DNA of 63,826 nt, the filler included, from Reclinomonas americana ATCC 50394 (taxonomy: Eukaryota), in NCBI GenBank assembly GCA_048213135.1. It is 7 parts of 3 records of this genome, joined end to end, with 100 filler letters (N's around TTAATTAATTAA, not from the genome) between each part and the next. Parts side by side here need not be neighbours in the genome. Positions count along the whole stretch, not along the records: positions 15,368 to 46,388 come from PS015327.1; positions 46,489 to 51,091 come from PS015327.1; positions 51,192 to 55,094 come from PS015328.1; 4 more parts are not named here. One strand, written 5' to 3'. This document shows, one piece after another, positions 40,335-52,339 of this stretch. Below the pieces are notes generated by a model. The model was not told where the DNA came from. It made no database searches and saw only the letters and a list, made by a program, of their open reading frames with translations. The translations under genes and the position numbers were made by a program. How positions within the stretch are numbered: the stretch's first letter is position 1; each line of letters starts with the position of its first letter.

Positions 40335-43300
40335 CTCTCTCTCTGTGTGTCTCTCTCTCTGTGTGAGCGCTTGTGTGTGTGTGTGTGTGTGTGTGCGTGT
40401 GTGTATGTGTGTGTGTGTGTGTGTGTGAATGCTCACTATCTACATCAGCATCATGTCCAGTGCATCGGCATTGTCAGCGCGGTTTGTTGTCAGACTGTAG
40501 GTTCCTCACGCTAGTTGTTGCAGCTCACGTAATCTCGCACAGAACGGCGTTCAACCGCGTCGACATGGCCTTTGAGGTGGTCGTCGACGCCCTGCGACTA
40601 CGCTGTCAACTCGTACTGGCACAGTTCAGTCGCGATCATCCCGACTTTGATGTGCGGGCGTGGACTCCGGATGTGTGGACGCCGCCGTTGTTCTGGCATC
40701 CACTGACGATCAAGGCGTGGCACGATCAACATGCTCCACTCGCCCCTGGTCGCGTCAAGTTGTTTGCACCGCAGAAGCAGCACATGCTCGACTGGAAGTC
40801 TGTTTTTGACGCCGACCCCGCCACAGATCCCTCATGTGACGCTTTCGACGTGACAGCCTTGGTGTCAATCCTACTTTTTGGTGGCTTTGTGTTTGACGAC
40901 GGTCGCAAGCTGCTGCTGATCGACACCGTCGATGAGCGGAAAGCGGTTGAACAGTTGCGAGAGGTGCGGAACGAATTGGTTCACGGTTCGTCAGCCTGGA
41001 CCGAGTCCAGTGTACAAGAGTATCTCGGTGATGGCGGTGTATTTTACGCTCTCCTCGGACGGCTGCGCCTTCCTGTGGATGTGATTGATGGATTTGCATC
41101 ACGGATTCGTGAGGCGCGCCACCTCGACTTCAGCGTCAGCACATTCGAGGAACGACTGCATCGACTGGCTGTGCGAGAGATGGACTATTATCACGAAGAT
41201 GAGAGTGTGCGCAAGGACATGCAGACGTATGTGCCACTGCTGTGCTCGCGTGAGCGTGACGTCTCATCGAGGGACAAGATGACGAATCTATTGACGGAGA
41301 TGGATGCTTTCCTCTCCGACACCAATACCACGCAGCGAGTGTTGGTGCTATTCGGTAACAGTGGCGCCGGCAAGACCACCACCATGTCTGTGCTGGCTGA
41401 GCGAGCATGGCGACAGTGGCAGGCGAAAGCAAGTCGGCGTGTGCCTGTGCGTGTGCCTCTTGGTGCACTGCGCAATGCTGATGTGCGGTTGTTGGAGGAG
41501 GCACTGGGGCGACTGTCGCCCGAGTTGGGATTCAGTGAGCCGGATGTGCGACGACTGAAGGAGGAACCACTGTTGTTGTTGCTTGACGGGTACGACGAGC
41601 TGTATCGTGGCGTGAATCTGTTTGTCAAGAATCAGTTGGATGTGTGTCGCGATGTGAAGGTGATTATCACCTGTCGCGGCGATTACGCACTGACGGCATT
41701 GGATGGAGCGACGCAGTATCGACGGTACTTTGCGCCGGTGGATGCACGTGGACAGTTGTGCATGCAGCAGCTGATGGAACGACACATTGCACCGTTCAAC
41801 AAGGAGCAGATTGAGGAGTACTTTGAGCGAGTGGTACGGATGGGCGGTGATGACGGTGAAGTGAGGTGGTCGACTGCAGAGGAGTACATTCGTGCTCTGA
41901 AGAGTGTGCATGGACTGGATGTGCTGGTGTCGAATCCATTCCTGCTGACAGTGGTTGCAAGTGTGCTGCCGCAGTTGGTGGCGAGTGGTGTGCAACGACC
42001 GACCCGATGTGATGTGTTTGACCGATTCATTCGACAGTGGATTGTGCGGGAACAGGATAGGCAGACGCGTCTTGGTGCGGAGAGTGTGCCGAATGAGGAG
42101 ACGTGTCTCTCGTTCTGTGAGGGACTGGCACGGTTGATGCATGAGAGGAATGTGGTGCGCGTGACATCAGAGGAACGAGCATTCGAGGAAGACATTGCTG
42201 ACTTTGGTGGTGCACCACTTGCCAGTGGGCAAGTGGATGAAGGACCGTTTGACAAGTTCCTCGGCTACAAGAACCAGCATGTGCGAGTATGCTGTCCGAT
42301 TGTGCGACGGTATGGGACGACGCAGTGGGGTTTCGTGCATCTGTCGCTGCTGGAGCACTGTGTGGCACGGCATGTGTTTGCGTGGGAGACGTGGGATGAG
42401 GAGAGGAGGATGAAGATGCAAGATGTGCAGCAGCATGTGCTGGCAGTGCGACTGCTGAATGATCGACCATCGTTGGTGGAGCAGATGGCCGAGGTGGTGC
42501 GACGGTCGTCTCGGTTGCAAGAGAGATTGTGGGAGGTGATTGGGTTGTCGAGGGAGGTGGACAGTCGGCGAGTGGTGAAGGCAGCGGCGAATGCCGCAAC
42601 GGTGCTGTGCGTGGCGCAAGTGTCGTTCAGTGGGCGCAATCTGTCGGGTGTGCGAGTGAGGGGTGCGGATTTGAGGGATGCGGTGATGCACAGGACGGTG
42701 TGGAGGGGAGCGGATTTGCGAGGGGTGAATGTGTGCCTGGCGTATGCGAGGAAGGCGGATTTCAGAGGGGCGGATGTGACGGGAGTGAAGTGGCCGAGGA
42801 AACCGATGATGGGGCACAGTGAAGCTGTGATGGCTGTTGCCATTACTCCCGATGGTCAGCACGTTGTGAGTGGCAGTTGGGACAATACTGTGCGGGTGTG
42901 GTCGCTGGCAAGTGGCGAGGAGGTGCGTCGACTGGAAGGTCACACGAGTGGGGTGAATGCGGTAGCAGTAACTCCCGATGGCCAGCACATTGTGAGTGGC
43001 AGTAATGACGATACTGTACGGATGTGGTCGGTGGCAAGAGGCGAGGAGGTGCGCCGAATGGAAGGTCACACGAGTAGGGTGTGGGCAGTGGCTGTGACAC
43101 CCGATGGTCAGCATATTGTGAGTGGCAGTTGGGACAAGACTTTACGGGTGTGGTCGGTGGCGACTGGCGAGGAGGTGGTCCGACTGGAGGGCCACACGAG
43201 AGAGGTACATGCAGTGGCAGTGACACCCGACGGTCAGCACATTGTGAGTGGCAGTTTGGACGAGACTGTACGAGTGTGGTCGGTGGCAAGTGGCGAGGAG

Positions 43301-44623
43301 GTGCGCCGACTGGAAGGCCACACGCGTGGGGTGTGGGTAGTGGCAGTGACACCCGATGGCCAGCACGTTGTGAGTGGCAGTGCAGATGAGACTGTGCGAG
43401 TGTGGTCGGTGGCAAGTGGTGAGGAGGTGCGTCGACTGGAAGGCCATGCGAGTGAGGTATCCGCAGTGGCAGTGACACCCGATGACCAGCACATTGTGAG
43501 TGGCAGTGGGGACAATACAGTACGAGTGTGGTCCGTGGCAAGTGGCGAGGAGGTGCGCCGACTGGAAGGTCACACAGAGTGGGTGCGTGCATTGGCGATG
43601 ACAGCAGATGGCCAGCACATTGTAAGTGGCAGTTATGACGAGACTTTACGGGTGTGGTCTGTGGCAAGTGGCGAGGAGGTGCGCCGACTGCAAGGCCACA
43701 CGGATGCGGTGGCTGCAGTGGCAGTGACACCCGATGGCCAGCACATTGTAAGTGGCAGTGATGACAGAACTGTGCGGGTGTGGTCAGTGGCAAGTGGTGA
43801 GGAGGTGCGCCGGCTGAATGGCCACACGGAAGAGGTGTGGGCAGTGGCAGTGACACCCGATGGCCAGCACGTTGTGAGTGGCAGTTGGGACAATACTGTG
43901 CGGGTGTGGTCGCTGGCAAGTGGCGAGGAGGTGCGTCGACTGGAAGGTCACACGAGTGGGGTGAATGCGGTAGCAGTAACTCCCGATGGCCAGCACATTG
44001 TGAGTGGCAGTGATGACGATACTGTACGGATGTGGTCGGTGGCAAGAGGCGAGGAGGTGCGCCGAATGGAAGGTCACGCGGGTGAGGTGTGTGCAGTGGC
44101 CGTGACACCCGATGGCCAGCACATTGTGAGTGGCAGTGATGACAAGACTGTACGAGTGTGGTCGGTGGCAAGTGGCGAGGAGGTGCGCCGACTGGAAGGC
44201 CACACGAAGGAGGTGTATGCAGTGGCAGTGACGCCCGATGGCCAACACATTGTGAGTGGCAGTGATGACAAGACTGTTCGATTGTGGTCGGTGGCAAGTG
44301 GCGAGGAGGTGCGCCGACTGCAAGGCCACACGGGATGGGTTTCTACAGTGGCAGTGACGCCCGATGGCCAACACATTGTGAGTGGCAGTGATGACAAGAC
44401 TGTTCGATTGTGGTCACAAGCAAGTGGTAATGGAGCGACGCTAGGCACTGGGGGCTTCTATTCTGGCGACGGCGCATTTCGCAGGACTGTCTTCACCGCC
44501 CAGTTCATCGTCCGTGCTGTCGGCAAGTCCGTTCACCTGCTGCGTTGCCAACCAGGCGGTGACTTGCTGGAGCGTATCTGTGGTTCTTTCTTACCCGACT
44601 TCACGGGTGCCTTGCATAAGTGA
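39912..44623 (+). CDS. NLR-like STAND protein: Ubl-like - HEPN-like - NACHT - pentapeptide repeats - 13x WD40
   Basis: Exons 39912-39920 (MST), 39977-40272, 40543-44623 join in frame; FDVTALVSIL...LREVRNELVH; Walker A GNSGAGKT; Walker B LLLLLDGYDE; VIITCR; NPFLL; F.H.S..E; AAANAATVL; GADLRDAVMHRTVWRGADLRG; WD40 array. Confidence 0.9.
42810..44415 (+). repeat. 13 tandem 126-bp WD40-coding repeats with high internal identity
   Basis: gcagtggcagtgacacccgatggccagcacattgtgagtggcagt-type core recurs every 126 bp. Confidence 0.92.
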
Positions 44624-46057
44624 ATGAGGTTGAAACAGTCGTTGATCAGCGTTGTCGACAATACTCTGCGGTTCACTGTCATGTATCCAACGAGTAACGC
44701 AATGATGCAGCATGAAGAATCGTCGTATCGCCGGCTTCTCGCAGGCAACATCGAGGATCTCCGCTGCCGCAGAACATGTCACGATCGTGGCGGGATCGCA
44801 CATACGTGCTGACGAGGTTCCGAACGATTAGTTGCAGCGTATACTACGTATTCACACAGGGACTTAGACGGCGAAGCTGCTTAGCAACAGTGCGACGGCA
44901 TCTCCGTTGACGATGGCCACCGCGGTTTACCTGAGTGTGTTCATCTCACATTTCACCGGCACCGCCGCCCTCCCCATTCGCCGCCACCATGCTTAGCCCG
45001 GTCTCCACCAAGAGCAGGGTGAACTGCGTCAAGGCCGGCCGTTGGACATAGCTGATCAGCGCCTTGTCCCACAACGGGTAAAGGGTCAAGGGACGAGGAA
45101 CAGCGATTCCTCGCATGCGAAGAGGCTTACAGGGTTAAAAAAGACGCTGATCACACTCACGAATCGGTTCAAGGGTAAAGGGTTGAGGAAGACACTGAGC
45201 CATGCCGTTGACCCTGTAAAGACCTCGTTCCTTGCGACGTCGGTGTCGAGTTGTCCTCCGCACGTAAACTCCGCCTCTCAGCGCGTGATGGCCAGCACGC
45301 CAGCGGTGCGTCGACCACTTCTGCGCATCAAAGCGATCATCCTCCCTCACACTCACCCCGTCTGTCATCCACAGCTGCCGGCACCTCAACGCCTCACCGA
45401 CGAAGACGAAAGCATCGATGTGGAGCGCGGCAGAGGAGCAGACGGCATCGCACGCAAGTGCACATGCCGCTACTGCTGGGAGGAGTTCTGGTGATACGCC
45501 AAGGTCAGCCGATCGCTGTACGCGCATCAAGAGAGCATTCATTGACTTGACCTGATGCATCGCAGAACGCCTTGCCCTTTATCATTGTGTTTGTGGGCGT
45601 GGCGCTGATTCTGGTGTTGGTGTTATAAGACGAGACGCTCTCCCCCGTGCCTGCGGATGACGCTCTCCGCGCCGATGAAAAGAAACCGACAGGGATACCA
45701 CACATGTTGTGACAGGCGCGGTGGCTGATGATTGAGTGAAGGGGCACGAGAGGATCAAGAGGGAATGGTGGACATGAGGAGAAGGAACTTGCAGGAGCAA
45801 ATGGCAAGTTGACGGCGAGGAGCTGGATTACAAGATCACAGGCTGATGATTGAGTGAAGGGGAGGATCAATGCGGTAGGTTGGACGTGGGGTGAAGGAGG
45901 AAGGCTGCGTGAGATGGTGAGAGCTGAGAAAACGGCTTGAAGCTGGATTACAAGATCACAGGCTGCAGTTGAACGTGGACAAGAGGCCGTTGGACCATAG
46001 GGACAGATGCTTGTGCATGAGGAGTTCGCGCGCTTGATCTTCGGAAAAAGAGCGTTT

Positions 46058-46355
46058 ATGGATCATGGGAGAGAGTGAGCTCACATGGCTGCAGCGTAAT
46101 CAAGCAGCGAGGTTGCAAAGGAAGATCTAGAGTGGGAGATCATTGGACAAGGACCGCAGCAAGTGAAGGCTCCTTCTCTCTTCACCGTTCCCTCCTTGAT
46201 AGCTGACCGAATGGATCATCAGGCAAGCAGCTTGAGGGAAGGCAAAGCCCACTCTTCTCCTTTCCTTCACCAAAGCGTGACAGCTTTCCGAGTGGATCGT
46301 TAGACAAGGACACAGTGAAGCACAAGACACGCTCCCCTCCTTTCCCTTCCCTTGT

Positions 46356-46388
<33 letters not shown>

Positions 46389-46488
46389 NNNNNNNNNNNN
46401 NNNNNNNNNNNNNNNNNNNNNNNNNNNNNNNNTTAATTAATTAANNNNNNNNNNNNNNNNNNNNNNNNNNNNNNNNNNNNNNNNNNNN

Positions 46489-46545
<57 letters not shown>

Positions 46546-46601
46546 TTCTCCCAAGTCGCAGCTTTGTCTCATTTGTCTCAGTGGATCGTTGTCTTGCCTC
46601 T

Positions 46602-46649
<48 letters not shown>

Positions 46650-49600
46650 CTTTCCTCGTTCTCGTTGTTTGTTCTCTTTTCGTTTCTCTTCTTTCTGCAT
46701 TCCTCCTTGATCGCACGGTCTCAATCTCTTTCTCCCACACAGCCTTCGCTGACATCCTTGTCTCTCACTCGCTGCTTCTTTCGTATCGTTATCTGCCCTC
46801 CTCTCTCTCTCTCGTTGTTTGTGCCCTCTCCTCTCACGTCTCACCTCGTCGTTGCCTGCCCCTGTCTCCATCGCTGTCAACCCCTTCTTCCTCCACAATC
46901 GCTGCCCTTTGCTCTCTGTCTCCCAAGTCACTGTTTCTTTGGCTCTTCCTGCGTGTGTCTCCGCCTTTTCTCTTCTTCCCTTTCTTTCCTTTCTCTGCTC
47001 ACCCCCCTCGTCCCTCCAACAGGCGATCCTCCACTCCTCAATGTAGAATCCGTTCTCCAGCACCTCGAGGAGCTCGACGAGAACTTTCACGTTGCGCGCG
47101 CTGTACTCCCCAGCTTTCTCATCCTTTTCTTTCTCACTGCCTCTCGCAGAAATACAAGCTGGTGCGGCTGTTGCAGCACAAGATCCGCGCGGTGTGCATG
47201 CACGAAGTCGACGACATTCTGCACAGGAAGCGAACGCGCGATGGGTGAGTCTTGCTGAGAGGAGGCCTTTGCCACAAGTGTCTTTCAGGCCGAATTCGTT
47301 GTGTTGAGAAGCCCTTTGTTCACCTGCTAAGCTTGCTCTCACCGAGAAGTCTTTCTTTCTATGCTGGAAGACTTGTTGTCATCTCTCTGTGGACTATTTC
47401 ATTTTCGTTACTCGCAGATCAGTGAGAGTAATTGAGAGAGAGAGAGAGAAGAATGGAGATGAACCAGCGGATAGTTGCAACTTTGGGACAAGAAAGGCAG
47501 TCGTCAGCGTGAGTGAGAGTGATGAGAGGGGAGTGAGAGAGGCATGCTTGTCTCCTACATCTTGTCGTTTCTCCTCTCATGCCGAAGATCTCATGATCAC
47601 TCATTGTCGTCGTTGTCATCGAGGAGACTCAACTGCCCTCTCGTCGAGGAGACTTTACTGTCTCCTGCGAAGCCTGCTCAGCCTTGCTCTCACTTCTTCA
47701 CTCCAAGTGGCGAGCTAGATGACTTGTTGTCTTTGTGCATTGAGAAAGCGCGGTTCTGTTCTCGCTGAGAGACACCTTCTTTCTCCTACTATATCTCGTG
47801 TGCCTCATCTCCCGCTTCGTCGTTCTCATCGACGAGCAAGGTGGTTGTCGTCTTGGTTTCATCGACGATGCTCGTGTGTTTTCGGTGAGAACCCCTTTGT
47901 TCGTTCGTGCATGCTTTGTAGCCAGTCTTCCTTGCAATCTGACATGTTGTTTCATTCTCACCTCTGTCCTTGGTGGTCTCGTCATCCTGATCCAGCCAAG
48001 CAGTCAATCTATTCGTCTCTACTCAGAAACATCGTTCTTGTTCTGGGAAGCATTTCGTCAAGTGTCTCGTCAACAATCCTTATCAATGGCCATCGCTCAG
48101 GCTCAGCAGCTCCACCCCGTGATTGTCACCCCACTGTCTCTCTCACATCTCTGTCTTCACTCGCCGTCATGCTCATCCTCTCCCTCTTTCGTTCCCCTTC
48201 ACACTCACTCCCATCCTCGTTCGCTCGTCACAGTTTTCCTCTCTCCTCTTTCACCTTCCCCCTCTCTTCCTCTTTGCGTCCTTCCTCCCCCTCACCGCCT
48301 TTCCCTCACCCCCTTCCCTTCCCCTTTTCACCCCCTTTCCTTCCCCCTCTCCACCCTTCCCCTCTCAACAGCCCCCTCCTCAACACCCTCTTCGACTCCC
48401 GCCAAGTCGCCGCCCGCATCTTCGAATCCCCCGCCTACCGCTCCCTCGTCGACTCGGTCGGCGCCGTCGTCGAGCGCAGCGTGCGCCACGTGATGGAAGT
48501 CGGGGTGCGCTCAACTTGCCACAGGGGGGATTGGGGGGGATAGGAAACTCACTTTTGGTTGCAGCAACCCAACGGCGACCTGGTGGCTCTCGGCGTCAGT
48601 CCTCTCCCCCTCCACGCCTTTCGCGGAACCGCTGCTGCCGCGGCCGCGCAGCAGTCCCGAAGTTGCGTTCTTTCTTCAATGCCTTCTCTTTCCGCTCCCC
48701 CTCACCTCTCGCCCGGCAGACTCCTCCAGCCGCTCCTCCTCGCACCGCTTGTCGGCGCAGGACCGTGTCATTTCCGCGCACCAGCACAACCTCCTCTCGC
48801 TGTCCAGTCGCTCCGAGGGCTCGCACACCGATAGCGTTGCGTGCGAGATTCCGCGTCCTGCTCTCCATTGACTCACATGAGTGGCACAGAACTCGTTCCT
48901 CTCGTTTCCCGCGTACGGCGACATTGTGCAAGCCGTCAACGAGCTGAGCGCCATGCACGATCACGACACGAGGTTGAGGGCGTTGGAGGTAATCAAGGGG
49001 AAGGGAGGGGAAAGGGAGGGGAAAGGGGGAAGGGGGGAAGGAGGGGACGGAGAGGGGAAGGGAAGGAGAGGGAGGGAGGGAGGGGGAAGGGGAGGGAGGG
49101 GAAGGCGAAGGGGAGATATGGGAAAAGGTATGCGGAGAAATTGAGAAGAGTATGAGCTGGGGGGAGGAAAGGGTGAAAAAGGAGAAGAGAATGGCTTGGG
49201 AGTGAGAATGAAATGATAAAGGGAGAGAGAGGGAAAGAGGGAGGGAAGGGAGAGAAGGCAGGGGAGAAGAGAGGGCGAAAAAAGGGGAAGTGAAGGGCAC
49301 AGGAGAGAGAATGAAATGACAAGGGGATAGAGGGGGAAATAGGGAAAGAGGGAGAGAAAGCAGGGCGAAGGCAGGGCGAAGATAGGAGAAGAGAAAGGCA
49401 CAGGAGAGAGAATGAAACGATAAGGGAGGAAAGCTGGAGGGACGGGAGAGATGGCGGTGGAAGAGGGATGCGAAGAAAGAGAAGAGAAGGTGGAATGAAA
49501 TGATAAGGGGGGAGGGAAAGAGAGAGGGACGGATATAAGGTAGTGGAGAAGAGAGGGCCTGTAAAGGGAAAGGGAGGGAGAAAAGGAAGGGAGGGGAAGG

Positions 49601-52288
49601 GAGGGAGATTGAAACAGTCACCTGTGCAGCGCGATTTAGAACTATCTCTCTCTCACTCTCTCTTTCTCTCTGTGCTTTTTGACAGCCTTGCACACTGCCT
49701 TGATCTCATCTCTTGCACCCGTCGCAGCGCCTGCACGCCCTGCCTCCAATCGACATTCTCTGCGGCCCGGCGTGGCCCGACCTGCAGCTCCTGTTCGTCA
49801 CGGGCCTCATGGACGAGAAGGCATCGTGCGTACTCTTGCGCAGATCCACTCCCTTCTCCTTCCCTCATTCGTGTACAGCATTCGAGAGTCGCTGCTGGAG
49901 TACTTCCAAAAGCTGTACAGCATCGCACCGCCCGACATCTCCTTCGAGGTGTTTGTCACGTTGACCACGCACCTGCAGCGAGCGTTCTCCCTGCCGGTGG
50001 AGGAGTTGGCCATCTTGCGGCAGCCGGAGTGGTTTCAGTTCACGCTCTCAAAGGTCTGCCTCTCTCTCTTGCCCTCTCTCTGTCTCCATATGTCTCTCTC
50101 TCTCTCTCTCTCTCCCCCTTTCTCCCTCCTTTTCCCTCCCTCCCCTTCCCCCTCTCTAATCGCTCACTTCCTCTCCCCCGCACAGATGGCCGTGCTTCGC
50201 GTGCTGATCGAGAACGCGCCGACCCAATGGGTATCGTACGTGCAGGCAGCGCGGCAGGACGTGATCATCTCGCTGATGACGCTGCTGGGCATGGGCCTCG
50301 CCGAATCCGTGAACGGCCTCCTCAGCGGTGTGGTGGAGGAGTCGGTGGGTTTTGTGGAGTGTGGTTGCGTGCTTGAAGGATGACTGACTGCTGGCGAGTG
50401 CGCAGTTGCTCCCCATTGCGTTTCTCTGTGTGGTGGACGATCGAGCCACGTGGTTGCGCCAGTGGTCATTAGACACGGCCAGCAGGAGAGTGGTGCGTGG
50501 AGGGGTGAAGGGCAGTCAGCTCGAGAAGATGTTCTCATCTTTTTCGAGCAGATATTATCGGCCATGGAGGAGACGGGATTGGTGGCTGCTCTCGGCGCTC
50601 TGGTCAAGGAGTTTGACAGGCGGCAGACGGCGGGTGAGTGGTTGGAGAAGGGGATGTGCAGTGGAAAATGGAATCTTGCTTGTTCTGTTGACGCTTTCGA
50701 CATGCGTTCTTCGTTACTCTCTCAGCGGCTTCTTTCATCTTGGCTGCTCACTTCCTGCATATTCGCGATGTCCTTGCGACAACGAGTACTTTTGCCTCGT
50801 TTCTTGTTCCTTTCCGTCGTTTTTTCTTTGGTTTGTTCGCCTTCTCCTTCCCCCTTCTCCTTCCCCCTTCATCTTCCGCCTTGGTCTTTTCCCTGTTCCT
50901 CCCCCCTGTTCCTTCCCCTCTCTCCTTCCCCCTGGTTCCTTCCCCTGGTTCCTTCCCCTGGTTCCTTCCCCTGGTTCCTTCCCCTGGTTCCTTCCCCTGG
51001 TTCCTTCCCCTGGTTCCTTCCCCTGGTTCCTTCCCCTGGTTCCTTCCCCCCTGTTCCTTCCCGCTGTTCCTTCCCCCCTTTCCTTCCCCCCNNNNNNNNN
51101 NNNNNNNNNNNNNNNNNNNNNNNNNNNNNNNNNNNTTAATTAATTAANNNNNNNNNNNNNNNNNNNNNNNNNNNNNNNNNNNNNNNNNNNNCCCCCTCGT
51201 TCCTTCCCCTCGTTCCTTCCCCTCGTTCCTTCCCCCTGTTCCTTCCCCTGTTCCTTCCCCTGTTCCTTCCCCCTGTTCCTTCCCCTCATTTTTCGTGATT
51301 CACGCTGCAGGCATCAAGTGTGCGGCACTGGGCGAACGTGTGGCACTGTTGGCGCTTGACATGCTGTGCAGTGCGACCGAGCATGTCGACGCACAGACGC
51401 TGGTGTCGCGTCTCACCAGCCAGCAAGGTGCGGGCAAAGGGGAAAAGAGGTGGGAGGAAGGGAATCTTCGCCTGTCTGTCTTCCGTCTCTCTCTTGCGCG
51501 CGCGCTCTCTCTCTCACTCTCTGAGAGGCACTGATCACACACGCATTGGTCAAGGGTTAAGGGTGGAGGAGAGACATTGATAACACGCATCGGCCAAGGT
51601 TGAGGGTGGAGAGAGATACTGATCGCACACGCATCGGTCAAGGGTTCAGGGTGGAGAGAGACACTGATCGCACACGCAGTGGTCAAGGGTTAAGGGTGGA
51701 GGAGAGACACTGATCACGCACGCATCGGTCAAGGGTTAAGGATGGAAGAAGATAATGATCGCACACGCATCGGTCAAGGGTTAAGGATGGAGAGAGACAC
51801 TGATCGCACACGCACCGATCAAGGGTTAAGGGTGGAGGAGAGACACTGATCACGCACGCATCGGTCAAGGGGTGAGGGTGGAGAGAGACACTGATCGCAC
51901 ACGCATCGGTCAAGGGTTAAGGGTGGAGAGAGACACTGATCACGCACGCATCGGTCAAGGGTTGAGGGTGGAGAGAGAGAGAAACAGACAGAGAAAGAGA
52001 GTGCACATATATTACAGTTGCTGTTTGTTGCAAGGAGTGCAGCGGGCGACACACTGATCTCACACGCATCGGTCAAGGGTTAAGGGTGGAGAGAGACACT
52101 GATCGCACACGCATCGGTCAAGGGTTAAGGGGTGGAAAGAGATACTGATTGCACGCACACACCGATCACGGGTTAAGGGTGGAGAGAGATAGTGATCGCA
52201 TACGCATCGGTCAAGGGTTAAGGGTGGAGAGAGACACACGCACACTCTCTTTCTCTCTCTCTCTTCTCTCTCTCACTCTCTTACTCTT

Positions 52289-52339
<51 letters not shown>

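Noticed and set aside
42027..44448. Long repetitive minus-strand ORFs
   Set aside because: Antisense shadows of the NLR coding sequence and its WD40 repeats
8206..44623. Diversity-generating retroelement behind the WD40 variability
   Set aside because: No reverse transcriptase, no template/variable repeat pair and no evident adenine-specific mutation bias; recombination explains the pattern better
44640..45720. Possible degraded gene or element downstream of the NLR
   Set aside because: All frames are interrupted and there is no identifiable domain
51530..52235. CRISPR-like array (also 38650-39020)
   Set aside because: Pure tandem units without unique spacers, eukaryotic intronic context, no cas genes
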